Below are positions 13,292-26,972 of a stretch of 64,000 bases of DNA, in pieces. The notes under the pieces are model-generated. The model was not told the DNA's origin. It saw only the letters and a list, made by a program, of their open reading frames with translations, and made no database searches. Position numbers and translations under genes: made by a program. The DNA comes from Podarcis liolepis (taxonomy: Eukaryota): assembly GCA_965112155.1 (NCBI GenBank), contig OZ218113.1. One strand, given 5' to 3'. Each line of letters starts with the position of its first letter. Position 1 is the stretch's first letter.

Positions 13292-13738
13292 TTTATTATT
13301 ATTATCATCTGTCCTTCACCAGTAAGTCCCAGAGTAGGTTACAATAACCTAAAATCAGAATCAAAAACAGTTAAAATAAATCATAGTCACAGGAATAGAG
13401 TGGGTCCCGAACACACATCTCAGGTGCTGGGGGAAAGAGGTGCCCGTTCAGTATTCACAAAAAGCTATATAAAGAAAGTAGCAGACACACCTCTGTGGGG
13501 AGGAAATTCCCACACTTGGGGGTTGCTGGAGAGAATGCTCTCTTCTGGGCTGCCACCACCCTGAACTTCTGACCAAGGCCAGAACAACCAAGAGGGCCCT
13601 CAGCTGATCTTAACACCCAGGAGATTCTGTAGGGAAGGAGGTGGTCTATCAGATATATGGGGCCTAAAGTGCTTAGGGTTTTAATTACAAGCATGTGTAC
13701 TTTGAATTGGGTCCAAAAAATAACTGGCAGTTCAATGC
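13292..13738 (-). mobile_element. L2 LINE 3' region
   Basis: Inverted tail tttattattatt..ccttcacc..ggttacaa, then ggaaggaggtggtc..ggggcctaa..ttagggttttaa..actttgaattgg..aactggcag. This is the antisense of the L2 LHWLP...FKV...K..LGP.YL region. Confidence 0.7.
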
Positions 13739-14421
13739 CCCTCTAAGAAATATTCCTTGCTCAGAATGCCCTAGAATAGTGATGGCACAACACCCTTCTG
13801 AGCAAGGCTTCATGGTCATGAAGCATTATGGCAATGGACATTTGGGATGGGGTGGCTAAGAGGAACCCACCACAAATACACGTGGCAGCCGCAAAACACC
13901 AACACATGAAAGACCCGAGGGATTTCAGCCCTGAAACCCCACACAGCACAATACTATCATGATGTTCAGCAGTGGAATGTGAGAAGTCCCTTAAGAAGTC
14001 TGTGGACAGTGTCCTCAGAATGCGGTCAAGGGGACAGCATTTAACTTCTAAACAGAGAGGCCCCAAGGCTCAGACCTGCATGGGAATCACACCTTAGGGC
14101 CTGGAAGGAATTCATCCTAAGTATTTTGGGACAGGTGCTCAGTGGCAAGTGGAAAGCCTTGCTCGACATGCTCAAAGGCACTTTCCTTTACAGAAGCAGC
14201 ACCTGTGGCTAAAGATAAGGAGTGGTACCAAGTGGGCCAGGTTTGATGGAGCAGTGGCAGGGCCACACAGGACTCCAGCACGGCATTCCCCACTCCTCTC
14301 CTAGAAATACTTCTGGAGCTTCAAGTACAGAAAGCAGCAGATAAAGAGATAGGTAGCTCCAAGGCAAGGTTCCTTAAGGTTCTGGGCGCTGATGGAAAGG
14401 AGGGAGCTGTACCACATAGAG

Positions 14422-14559
14422 AATGGGGTAGCCAACATGGCGCCCTCCAGTTGTTGTTGGACTGCAGCTCCCATCATCCATGGCCATTGGTTACACTGGC
14501 TGGGCTGATGGGAGTTACAGTCCCACAACATTCAGAAGGCACTACGTTGGCTACACCTG
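14422..14559. mobile_element. Palindromic hAT MITE (MER5-like)
   Basis: ggggtagccaac...ggactgcagctcccatca / tgatgggagttacagtcc...gttggctacacctg. Confidence 0.7.
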
Positions 14560-15349
14560 CTGTAGAGCCTCAGTACCCTGAATTATTAACCTTTTGGAGT
14601 CCATAATTCAAGCAACCTTCTTTCCTATGTGGCCTGAAGTAAATGGCTTGTCTTTCAGACAGAAAATTGGAAGGGGGGTGGGGGGGAAAGAGAGAGAGAG
14701 AGAAGAGAGAAAAGAATATGAAAGAGAGACTGTCTTATTAGAGAGCAATGTGTGTGAAAGCTGGGTGCCAAAACAAACAGTCTTTTCTTATTTGTCCATT
14801 GATTTATTCGCAGGGAGGATATATTGTAAAGGCCTCAACAGTGAACAGTTCACTCCCTTTGCACCAGGAAGAAATGTCTGCAGCCTCGTGCCAAGAAACA
14901 GCAAAGAAACAGCGGCTGCTCACCACCCTCAGATGAGGACCTCTCTATACTTTTATGTTTAATGATTGTTTCCTGGCAGGGAGCAAGGCTGGGGAAGGGA
15001 AGAGGACCAAATCTGGCAGAAAGCCATTTGAACCAAGCCCATTTCATGGTTGTGGACAGTTAAAGCCATACTGGAAAACAAAACACGTCCCAGGATATGC
15101 CTACTGGAAACCTATGGTTATCTGTTGCTTTGAGTTTGTTTTCCCACCTTCAAATATAGGCATTTTTGTATACAAAATAATAAATAAGTGCAAGTCTTTT
15201 GTCAACCTTTTCAGACTCAACAGAAAAGGTATTGGGACCCACAAAATCACTTGAATCCTATTCATGTTTATTTGGAGCACAGGCCTGCTGTGTTCAGTGT
15301 AGGTTCACTCGGAGCTAAGCATGAATTAAGGCTGCAGTCGTAGGGTTGT

Positions 15350-15435
15350 AACCAACTAAGTTCTATTCGGGGCAGACCCATTGAAATTAATGGACCTACT
15401 ATTTTCAACAGGTCTGTTCAGAGTAGGATTCACAT
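15350..15435. mobile_element. Short palindromic MITE-like repeat (agacccattgaaattaat family)
   Basis: cagacccattgaaa...tttcaacaggtctg inverted arms. Related copies at about 18798-18880, 61345-61460 and 62060-62155. Confidence 0.55.
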
Positions 15436-15794
15436 TGGCAGCAATAAATAATAAAATAAAATAAAATACTACCATCTTTGTAAGGAAAAAAAAACTTACA
15501 ACAAAATCCACAGCAAGCTGACACAACAACAGATATGTGATAACTCGGGATCCCGGAAAAGTCCTCCAAAAGCTCATTAATTTTTTTATAGATATGTCTG
15601 CATAAATATATATAAAGTAAAATAAAAGGTATGCCTGTCTACTCCTTGTGCATGTGTCTGTCTTCTCTCTTTCTCCCTTGAAAACCCTAGAAAGATGGAA
15701 GGAAGGGCGCCGCTTCCACTCGTGTGGCCCTAGGCCGGAAAAGTATGATCCACTTGAGGGTCGGAACAAGGTAGTTTTACACCAATGAAGTAAT

Positions 15795-15795
15795 C

Positions 15796-15827
<32 letters not shown>
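15795..15827 (+). repeat. (CAA)n microsatellite
   Basis: Directly visible. Confidence 0.95.
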
Positions 15828-17668
15828 AATCATGGCTGACCCGGAGAAAACAGTGGGCAAAAGGAATCAATGGGGCGCTGCCTCTTGAGATTTCTTACAA
15901 CGGGCAGAGTTCTCCAGGGCAAACTGAGCGATCCAAAGCTCAGCCTGCCTCTGAAGCCCAGAATTGCTGGTTATACCTGGATGGATAATGCATCTTGTAG
16001 TTTTCATGCCCTGGAAATATGTCTTCAGATGAACAACAAGCAGCTCAACAAAACATCAGGGAAGTATTTCTTCAAAATTACCTACCTTTAGTTGCTGCAG
16101 GGGAGAACAGCTTCTCTGAGCCTTCAGAAGCCTGAAAAGAACAAAAGAAAGAGGGTTAACTAAATGAGAGTTTATGATTTCCCAACAGCAATAAGAAAAC
16201 AAATCAGTCTGAGGTCGAAGACTGCAGTTATGTGTCACACCTGGAGGGTGCAATGTTGTGCCATTAAAAAAAGAACCAAGGATGGAGAAGCTGGTGAGGA
16301 GAGGAAGCATGTGAAAACTGGGCCCTGATCTCATATCTTTCCTATCCATTGAGGCAACCATGCAACACATAAGCTATATTCAATTATTCTTCCCACTGAA
16401 AGCACAAGGTATCGAGATGGATCCTTATCTCTTGTTGAATAAGGAAGGACTGAACTGGGAGTGGCAGAGATATAGAAAAAAAGAGGCCTATATTGTACCA
16501 AAACACAGGCCCTCTCATTTCTTCCCTCACTACTCTGCTTAGCAGATTTATTAACAAAGCTGCTTTCTCCCATTTATATCCAGGCTGTATTCTGCTTTTT
16601 GAACTCCAGCCATGCTGTAACTTCTGCCCTGGGAAGTAGTTAAGAAATCCAATTAACCTAAACCTTGTAAACAGCTTCATGGTAATCAGGGGCACTGGGT
16701 TTCAGCCAGGATAATAGCAGCACGCACTGTTAAAAAAAAAAAAGGAAAAATAAAAGGAAAATCCATGTACATAAAGGTTTTCTTAAATAAAATCTTTCAA
16801 GGGTTCTTTCCACTCCATGAAACAAGAAAAGTTCATGGGGCAAATATAAAGGCTAAATAGTCATTATTTTGGGGTTCTGATATTTATTCAATTTTCAATT
16901 ACTCAGTTAACTGAATTTTAATTCCCTAAAAAGGGACCCCAGATTAACTGGCCGGTGTATTTAAATTATTTTTAATAGTTGCCCTTATAACAGCTTCAGA
17001 TGGCAAGTTCTGTGAGGCAGTGGGGAATACCATTTGATGATAAGCCACCATCTAAAAGCCAAGAAAGCGTATTTTCTTTAGAACTGTTAGTTTTTCACTC
17101 AAAAGCAAATTTGACCCATTGGTTGATTAGATGATCAAAACTAATATAAATAATTGACTTAAAATCTCCTAACTGTTTGACAGCCCTGCTTATTTTCAAG
17201 GATTGCACTGTACAATACTATTCTGAAATGTGCTGCTGAAAGAGGGTAATTGAGGGTAGCCTGAAAGAGGGTAACAGAGTAGCCTGTGGGTCTTCTGTTT
17301 TTACCTAGCGTAGTTGTTAATGTAGTGAAGTTCCTTCACAAGACAAAAGTTTTGACTATTCCAAGTGGGCTAGATCCATGATATAAAAGAATGTGCAAGG
17401 CTTATTCCCGAGTAAGAGTGAAATTCAAACTTAAGTTGCCATCTGGAAAAGATTAGCAAAGTAATGGAGCGTCCACACCTGCAGATCTGCTAAGTCAGGG
17501 GGCAGGCAAATTGCTGAACCAGCTTGAAGCTGGTATAGCAATCAGGGCCAGATTGGACCTGGTGCAGTCATATGATAGTGGTGGGGCTGGCTCATCCCTT
17601 TCCCCGGAAGGCCCCATGTTTTGAGGCCTTCCATAGGCTGCTGTCAGGAACAGCACTTCTGTCTACCT

Positions 17669-17799
17669 CAGGCATAGGCAACCTTCGGCCCTCCAGATGT
17701 TTTGGACTACAATTCCCATCATCCCTGACCACTGGTCAGGTAGGGATCACGGGAGTTGTAGGCCAAAACATCTGGAGGGCCGAAGGTTGCCTATGCGTG
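17669..17799. mobile_element. hAT MITE (MER5-like palindrome) with 8-bp TSD
   Basis: TIRs caggcataggcaaccttcggccctccagatgttttgg / ccaaaacatctggagggccgaaggttgcctatgcgtg. TSD gtctacct at 17661-17668 and 17800-17807. Confidence 0.9.
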
Positions 17800-20700
17800 G
17801 TCTACCTGTTCGCTAAGTGGAATGAGGCTGAACTGGCTGAGTGACAATGGCATCGCTCGGTGGCCAGAGGTTGGGAAGAGAGGGGCAGGTCCATGCAATC
17901 CAAACCCTCCTCCCCAAGATGGCACAGAGAGGGTTTAGATTGCAGTGCTAATGTGTTAAAGACTGCAGCCTGTGTGTCTAACAGGAAGGAGATGAGATCT
18001 GCTTTTTTAAAAAAATTCAACTCATGGCTGAGCTAAGTTGATTTTCTTTCCAACATCATTGATTTTATTCTGCCCCTCCTCGGAAAGCTTGCATTATTAA
18101 GTGTCTCGTGAATTGTACTGCAACACTGCATATTTCATAGCCAGAGATTTCAGAAGCAAAATTTTTAAAAAACCCAGAGAAACATAACCAGACTTGCTAG
18201 AACGCTGGGCCCTGACCCAAAAGGATCACCGGAATCAATGGGAGCTTATTTTTCCTTGCTTCAATGGCCTTTGGGCTGGGCCTTTTACAGGCAGTAAAAA
18301 ATATATTCTCTATCAAGAGTTACTTCTGAGTGACAAGGGCTTACAAGCGGCAGGATCTTACTGAATGCAGCTGCCTTTGAGAGAGAGAGGGGAGGAAAAA
18401 CAACCAGTGGATGATGAGGCAGAACCCAGAAGATAAAGAACTGTTTAGCCATACATTTCCCCCAAAGGTTGCCTCTGGTCATTGAACAAAATAACCCATG
18501 AAATCCTTTGGGAGATGGAGCATCTCTTGTGGATGCAATTCTGCTTCGGGGTTATTATGTTTAAATCATCTTTTGCAGCAGAAGTGAAACAAAGGTCAGT
18601 CGCCATTCCTAGCCAAGCTTTTGGTTATTTATTTACTGCAGACCAGCCCTGTGATGCTGACAAGCATATTAAAAAGGCTCCTGACAATTCACTTTTCCCA
18701 TTCCCTGTAAAAAAACAAAACCTCAAATGCCCCCGTCTACCCAACCAACCTATTTCTTTATCAACAAATTAAGGAGCAAACATATAGTGTCGTGTCCAGC
18801 TGAGTCCTACTGAAATTAATGGACCCAAGTTAGTCATGTGCATTAATTTAAATGGGTCTACTCTGAGTAGGATTAACAACGTTGCAACCTACAGCATCTA
18901 AATCCTTAAAACAATGAGTTTTCTTCTAGATCTTCTAGATGCCCCTTATTTTGGGGGTACATGCAAACACCTTCCAGACACTAGACTGACTGGTGCTGAA
19001 TTTAAATCCCAGGCTAAAGGGGGCCAAATACAATCAAATCACAAACACTCTTTTTGCTGTGCCAACCTCACCCATCATCACCCCAGTACCTGCCCCACAG
19101 ACAATCCAACTTCTCCTGCTAATTCAGTACCAGGTCAAAAGCTTAATATCAATTTTACATTGTGTGTGTATAGACTGTTTTAAACTTGAACATGCTTATT
19201 ATTTACAGCTGCATCCAGAATACTAGCAAGAAGAGACAGAACAGGGTAGGGCAGAAAGTAGACTGGGTTCTACCCCCAAATTATTACTTCACCCCCAAAT
19301 TATATTGCTGAAATGAAGGAAGTGGTGTTTGCATGTGTGCAACTAGGATTGCCTTTTTCTGTGGAAGGACGGGCACTCAGTTCGGCCCTGGTACTCAAAA
19401 CAAATTCCTGGGATCAGAATTATTTAATCCTAAATGCATATATTTGTACCTGTCTCCAGTTAGTGTATCTCAGGATTCCAGTTAAAAAAGCCAAGAAGAT
19501 CTACTGCCTCTGTTAGCAGCAATCTAGATTCACTTAACTTGATAATGAACTGCATTACACAAGTCACACAACAGCTCAGTTCTTGCAGATGTCCCAGTTC
19601 CCTTCCCCATTTGCACTGCATGCAAGGGACTCTTGCAAATTTGCAGCAACCATGAATTATTTTATTGCACTGTATCACAGCGTCCTGCCTTCTGTGGAAG
19701 GACAACAACATGGAGTTAACTGCATAATCAATATACCATAGTGTCACTGAATTTTCATATCTGACTCAACTGTGCGTGCGCGTGCATGCACATCAGTGTT
19801 CTTGTATGATTGTGTACAACACTGGTAGCCTTCAGTTCCAATTGTGTTACTTGATTGGGTGTGTGTGATTTATCAATGGACTCATCTACTGAAACTTGTT
19901 CAATTGTTCAGTGCATAATGCAGAATGAAACAACATCAATAAACCTTACCCTCTGAACCTTGGATAAAGGACCAAAAGGGACATGGGGAGGGATATTTAA
20001 AGAAGAAGAATATACAAAAACTAAAGGCTCGGCTCAGTCAATAACTGCAGTGTCCAATACAAAGGATTTTCACCCACATATATACTAACAATGAAGTTAA
20101 GCTCCTGCACAAAAATCTGTCCCCAGAACAATACCGATTTCACCACATTTAACACACAGTGTCCATGGTAAGTCTTTGATATTGCTAATGTAGGCAATGT
20201 ATTTTATGGTGCCTTCAACAGGTCTACATGAAAGCATCACATTATGATTACACATAAATCCAAATATTGTTCGCTTACCAAAACTGAAACCCTATGTCGT
20301 GTAATACATGTGCAGAGGGGGCAGACAATAGCTTTACTATTTTACTTTTTTAAAAGAAGAAACTGAGCCAGATGCGAACTCCTAAACAGGAAGCTGAATT
20401 CACACATCATGCTAAACCATGGTAGTGCAACATGCATAAGCAGAAATGAGCTGGAGTAGATCGTGGGCGCCTGCACTCCCCATGCCCCCTCATTTGCTTC
20501 TGCTTTACATTAACCACTGTTTGCATGTTGTCAGGACCAGGAATCATTGTTAATATTAAGTATAGTCAGTTTCAATAAGCTACTGTTAGTGGTTGGCTGC
20601 CTTGAAACTAACCATAGTTAATCACAGTTTATCCCGCCAGATAATATAACAAACTACAATTAACCAAAACAAAGAGCAGAAGCTTCTAAATTTTCCCTCA

Positions 20701-21516
20701 TGGCCACACAGAAGGAGGAGAGGGGATGGGGAGCAGGAGAACACAAGCCACACACTCACAATAGCTTTTCTCTCCCCCACCAACCCACTTATTTGGGTTC
20801 TAGTCTGTGCATGTTGCACTAAACCACGGCTTAGTGAGATGGATGAACACAGCCACTGCCTTTACCTTTGTTTTAAATCTGAAAAAAGACTTTTCATAAA
20901 TGGTAGTGCAAATGAGGAAGGGAAGACTTGTACTGCACCTTACAAGCAACATACACATAATCACATTCTGCACAACAACCACAAGAGCAACAAATGTGAC
21001 ATTAGGGGAAGAGTTGTGTTTTCCCAGGTTTGAAACACCGGGATTTGGGGAATGCCCTGGAAATGGGGTATCTTCACAGAAAGGGGGGGATATGTGGCCC
21101 ATGCAGAAAAATAGGAAACAAATGTGTGTTTATTATCCAATAGAGAAATCCATTTAAAGAAATTGCAGCCCATAGCAATTCTCCTCCTGTCTTTTCTGTT
21201 ACCCCAAGCAATCTGTTTACATTTGTTTGTAGAAAGGAGGGAGATGAGGGAAGTTATATTCCAAAGACACTAGGGAACATGATCCCTTCTTGTAGACAGA
21301 GTAAGGAAGCACCTCAAGCAGTAGTTTGGGTGTCCACAAAGGGCACCAATCTGTCAGCTATTTGATGTATTATCCTATTTTTACAACACAGGAAGGGAGG
21401 CATCTTCAGCCTTAGGCACCAAAAGGCCTGTGTTGGCCACTCTACTGGACTAAGGCCAGTGCTATTTTTCTAGAAAAAATAACCACGAACACCTCCCTTG
21501 TTCTCTTATAATGGCA

Positions 21517-21712
21517 ATAGTTTGTTATGGTTGCTGAGAGTTGTTAGAAGACCCCTATTCCCCTCACAGAGCTACAATTACTCAGGTTTTGTCTTCTGGG
21601 AAGAGGACTTAATTATTAAACCACTCTGGGAACTGTGGCTCTGTGACAGGGATAGGGATCTCCTAACAACTCTCGGTGCCCTTAACAAACTACAGATCCT
21701 AAGATGCTTTGG
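21517..21712. mobile_element. Palindromic non-autonomous DNA transposon (superfamily uncertain)
   Basis: Long inverted arms gagagttgttagaagacccctattcccctcacagagctaca / tggctctgtgacagggatagggatctcctaacaactctc. Related pieces at about 24020-24190, 33423-33610, 47312-47425 and 51875-51960. Confidence 0.65.
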
Positions 21713-24700
21713 GCTGAAAGGTTAAATAATTCATTGACTTCCACTCTGTAGACCCCTTTCCTCCCCCCCTCCCCCCCGCTACCAGTAGCAAAGTCTTATA
21801 AAATGGGGCACAAGGCATGGAATGGTTTCATGTACCCTTGAGTGTTTTGCTGCTTGTATGAGATTCCCGCCCCCTGCTCCCACCGTCACTGCCATCCACT
21901 GGCAGATGCAGGCAGACAAGTCCAGCCCAAAGCTTTGGGATGGAAGATAATTCTATTTTTGAAGGTGCATTTGGTGCCTGTCTTCTTCCCTTTGACTGCT
22001 CCTTACTTTCACCCCCATGTTCTATACACCAGATCCAAAGGAAGGTATTTTTCATGAAAACTGTCATGTTTGTTAAAAGGGCAGGAGGGGAAACTTTTCT
22101 TTCCTGGATTTTTTTTAAGGGTTGAATTTTCTTTTTTGTAGAAAGAACAGACAAGATGGAATGGGACACACTTGAAGGCAACGAAGGACAGCCTTCAAGG
22201 TAGCTCTGCACCAAATAATGAAGAACTTTTAAAAAGGCACACACAAAAATCCACATTCTAGCTTACTTTCAAAAGGTTTGGAGGCTTGCCACATATTCTT
22301 ATTCCCAATCTTTTTTAAAGTTTGTTTCCCAGAAGGGCCAACAACTTCAGTTCACTACTTTTATGTTCTGGCCTCATCTTCTGACTGTTCTTACTTCCCA
22401 CACAGCAAGCAGTCACCTACATAGAAGACTCAGCTCCAAAACGGACTGGAAATGCTATGAATTAGATCCATGTGTCTATCCATTTTTCCTTCTTGGGAAA
22501 TATAAAGCTCTCATGGGACCCTACTCTTCCCAAGGTAAATACAACAAACTGAACCCTCTATGGTATGTGATTTTCAACTGCCTCTAACAGCTGAAATAGT
22601 ATCACAATTGAAATAGTGTTTGCTTTAATAAAGCATAGAGGAAACCATGAACTAGGAAACACACTCCTTTTTTTCATAAGGATAAGTACACTGGGGGATA
22701 ACAGAAGCCTAGTCTGCACATAACACTAAGTCATGTTTGCTTGTTTTTAAACAAACCACGTGTTGCCCCAAAAACAAACCATGGTTTGTTTCTCCAAAGC
22801 TCTTGCCTCGTGCCTATGTAAATTAGTAAGTGGCCAAAAAACCATGTTTATAGAAGGGGGCTGAGTTAGAGCATACTGCTAAGACATAGTCAAATAAACC
22901 AAGATTACAACATAAATAGCTTCAGATAGTGTTTGTTAGCAGATGACAAACTGCTGGGCAGGGTTCAGATGACGAAACAAGCCATGGTTGAATAAACCAT
23001 AGTTGAATAAACCATGTGTGAATCAGCCCAGAGTTTCTAGCTCATTTCTCTTGATTAAATCTAACAGCGGGCAGATGAAAAGTGTAGCCTTGTGACAAAT
23101 TAACAATTACAGACTCCCAAAACAACTACCAGAGGCAATGAAGGACAATGTTTTTCCTCTTTCCTTAAGCAACAAGCATTCTACAGATAAGAATGACCTT
23201 CAGTCATATGCCGCTATTATTTAGTTTGTTTAAAACTAAAACCAGCAAACAATACCAAGTAGACACCCGTGGAAGGGACCTAATCATTCAGCTAGGAAGG
23301 CTAGTTTGTGCAAAAATATATTCAATTGTTTCTGGAAATTGCAGATAGTGGGTGCTTGTTTATCAAATGCTGCTCCACAGAACGGGGGCAGCCACACTAA
23401 AAGCCCGGCTCAGAGTTACTGCTATACAAATGCTTTGCACCTGTTACGACCCTGGATCCAGAAGGAATCCAGAAAGAGAGTTGGAAGCTGCAGAGGCAAC
23501 AGCTAAGGAGCCAGATCGAGTTCAAGGCTCTGAGTTGGCAGCTGGAAGGGGGTGATTTGGAATAAGGAAGAAATAAGCTAGAAGCCCTGCGCCCATCTTT
23601 TACCCACTGCAAATGGTCCTCTCCTGAACAGGCCTTTCCTGAATGAACAAAGGCTGTCAAAGATAGGTCATGTACATTTTGCATTGAACTCAAGATTGGA
23701 CTTGCCAACTTACAGTGTTTTCCCACAGGTCAGACTGGCTAATTAGGATCCTATCTTCCCTGTGGAGCACAGCTTGGCTCACCCACTTGAGTCATCTGGA
23801 ATCATTTGCCATGTTTATTGCTCTCTGCTAACAGCATGGATAAAATCTGAATTGTGTCTGTAGGTTAATGGAAGAAGAGACTTGACTCAATGGATAGTAG
23901 CATTCAGTGTCCCTGGTAAAAGGACAGTTGTGCAGAAGCTCCTTTTGGTTGTACAGGGGAAAAACACTGGCTGCTCCCCGCACCCAGCATTTCCTCTTAC
24001 CATAAAAATTTAAGCGGTGTACACACTATATTTTCAAAGCATACTGAAACACATTCTTACGTTCAAAGAATTCTGGGCATTGTAGTCTACCCCTCATCAA
24101 GATCCAATTGCCAGCAACCCTTAACAAACTACACTGCACGTAATTATTTAAGGGAAGGAAATGTGTTTTAAAGGTATATTATGTACACTGTCTTGGTTTT
24201 GAACACATCCACATTTTTCTGCAATATTTAACCATCCTGATGATGACAACTTTTATCAACCCTGTTTAAAACTACAGTAAGAACAACCAGAACAGCACAT
24301 TTAAAAGCTGCATCAAGTATGTAAAGGAAATAAATTAAACTGCCCTACATAGCAAATACCCCCCCCCAAAACCCTAAACGCTTTGAAAGACCGTAAGAAG
24401 TAATGAGAAAAAGCATATGAGAGGAACAATAAAAATGGAATGAAAGGGGGGAAGAAGACAAGAAAATGGGATTGAGGAAGAAAGATGACTGACGAATACT
24501 TATTATTATAATTTTTAGCAATTCTGGTATGTTTGCCATGCTTTCATATAGCAGTTAAACAGCCCTCCACAAACACTTTAAAAGCACTCTTCAGCACAAT
24601 GAAAACAACTTGTTTCCTATTTATATTTTAAGTGCCGCAAATAGACAACATAAATCCCCCACCCGTCCTCAAAGAGTCCACTCTACAGAATGCAGTGCAA

Positions 24701-25525
24701 GAGCACTGCTGGGATAAACAGTACCTGCAATTCTGGAGCTAAGGCAGCCGCCCAGATATCCCCTCCTCCCCTTAAGCCGCAAGCAACAGTCTGCCTGACC
24801 TGGTGCCCTGGGGAACAACAGGATGTCTGACCTACAAGCATGGCTGTTATCATAGCCTCACAACAGAGGCCCTTTGCATTCCCGTTCTCTTCCCTAGAGA
24901 GCTGCCTACAAGGCCCACGGCTTGGCTTACCCTTTCCTTCCATTAGCCCTGCTTTCGTGATTCAGCTTCTGCTCAGAGGCTTGCGGCCTCTTGGAAGATG
25001 TTGCTTCCATTTCCTCCCCTTCCCCTCCATCTTCTTCAGCAAGTGAATTAAAAATGTGTTCTTTCTTCTTCTTTTAAACAGGCAGCGGAGGCCTCTTCAG
25101 CTATGAATGCTCCCCTTCAGCTTGGTCCTGCTGACAGCATCCAGGGAGGAACGGTCCCAGCTGTGTCTATTAAACACGGCCAAAAAGACCTTACAACACA
25201 ACTTTGTGCATCCTTGTTTATTTCAAATCAAAATACCAGCCCGAAATTTCTCAGCACCTTCTATATTAGCGACAACTTACATAAACACTTGGGTTACCAT
25301 ATTTTCACACCCCAATTCCTGCCTACCTTTACGGCCTTATTGGCCCTTTTAACAAGCAAAGTTGGTTGTGATTCGTATCTCATCCACTTACACAGTTCTG
25401 AAAGAGGCCATTGTTACTCTCATTTCACGAGTGGTGAAAACTGTGTCTCCCATCTTATATCTGTGCTGCTAATTCTTCCTGCCTAAGCGGAAAACGCGAT
25501 AGTTGTCCCTATTGAAATTCATTTT

Positions 25526-26020
25526 GTTAAGTTTTTGCCCAGTTCTCCAATTTGTTAAGATCATCTTGAATCCTGATTCTGTCACCTAAAACATTAGCTA
25601 CCCCTCCCAGTTTGGTGTCATCTGCAAATTTTATGAGCATCCTCTCAATTCCTCCGTGCAAGTTGTTCATAAAAATGTTATAAACAACAGGCCCAGGACA
25701 CAACCCTGCAGTGACCCACTTTTTTCCAAGATGATAAGGAACCATTAGTGAGCAGTCTTTGGGCCAGTCAACCAGCTACAAATCAACCTAACAGCTACAT
25801 TGTCTGGCCCAAAGTTTACCAGCTTCTCTGCAAGAATATCATGGAGAACTTTGTCAAAAGCCTTACTGAAATCAAGACACACCATGTCCACAGCATTTCC
25901 CCAATCCACCAAGCTTGTAACTTTAACAAAAAGGAATGAGATTCATCTGGCATGACTAGTTTCTGAAAAACCCATGCTGGGTCTTGATAACCACAGCATC
26001 CTTTTCCAAGTGCTTGCAGA
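25526..26020 (-). mobile_element. CR1 LINE ORF2 (RT) fragment
   Basis: ORF 25527-25745 contains MLIKFADDTKLGGVAN..DRIRIQDDLNKLENWAK, a CR1 RT motif. The upstream part has QHGF..N.SCQ.NLI.F and decays through frameshifts. Confidence 0.92.
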
Positions 26021-26563
26021 CATGAGAGGTTTGCATGTAATTGTCCCCCAGGAAAACTGCCCAGGTTATCGCTATCAGCAAAACAAAAGTCTGAAGAGCC
26101 TGGCTTTTCCTTCGACTTGTGCGCTACCTTTATGACAGGTTGCCCTGAGGTGCTTTCTCCTCCTCCCTGCTATAACATTCAAGGCCTCTTACCATGGGAC
26201 TCTGCTCTCATTCTTTTAAACCATTTTCCTGATGTTTTGACTATTTTAAGTATTGTTTGGCTTTAATGGGTTTGTTTTATTGCACATTTTAATAGTGAAT
26301 GCTCATTTTAATGTTTTGATGGAATTGTTAATTGTGTATTTTAATTGCCGCTTTATCAACTAAGTGGTGAATAAATTAAACAGCAACAATAATATATGGA
26401 GCTAAATATCCCCACCTCAGCCAGCAGTTACCATTTTTAGACTGTAAATTCATTGAGGGCAGGGAACACATTGATGTTACTAAATAAATAAATACGGGAT
26501 GTGAAAGAGAGGTAGAAATTGGCAAAGATGTGACAGAGCAAAGGCACACAGTAATAGAATGTA

Positions 26564-26834
26564 CAGTGGTGCCTCGCAAGACGAAATTAATCCGTTCCGC
26601 GAGTCTCTTCGTCTTGCGGTTTTTTCGTCTTGCGAAGCACGGCTATTAGCGGCTTAGCGGCTATTAACGGCTTAGCGGCTTTAAGAAAAAGGAAACAAAC
26701 TCGCAAGAACTCGCAGGACGTTTCGTCTTGCGAAGCAAGCCCATAGGGAAATTCGTCTTGCGGAACGACTCAAAAAACGGAAAACTCTTTCGTCTAGCGT
26801 GTTTTTCGTCTTGCGAGGCATTCGTCTTGCGAGG
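26564..26834 (+). mobile_element. Tc1/mariner-pogo type MITE (CGTCTTGCG-repeat family), right end lost in gap
   Basis: TA followed by cagtggtgcctcgcaagacgaa. Near-identical to 57459-57719. Confidence 0.9.
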
Positions 26835-26972
26835 NNNNNNNNNNNNNNNNNNNNNNNNNNNNNNNNNNNNNNNNNNNNNNNNNNNNNNNNNNNNNNNNNN
26901 NNNNNNNNNNNNNNNNNNNNNNNNNNNNNNNNNNNNNNNNNNNNNNNNNNNNNNNNNNNNNNNNNNNNNNNN
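26835..26972. other. Assembly gap
   Basis: 138 N. Confidence 1.

Noticed and set aside
26564-26834. CRISPR-like or iteron-like repeat array
   Set aside because: Repeats are ~9-10 bp, in both orientations, with irregular spacers shared between copies. They are bounded by TIRs and TA TSDs in eukaryotic DNA, so this is a MITE.
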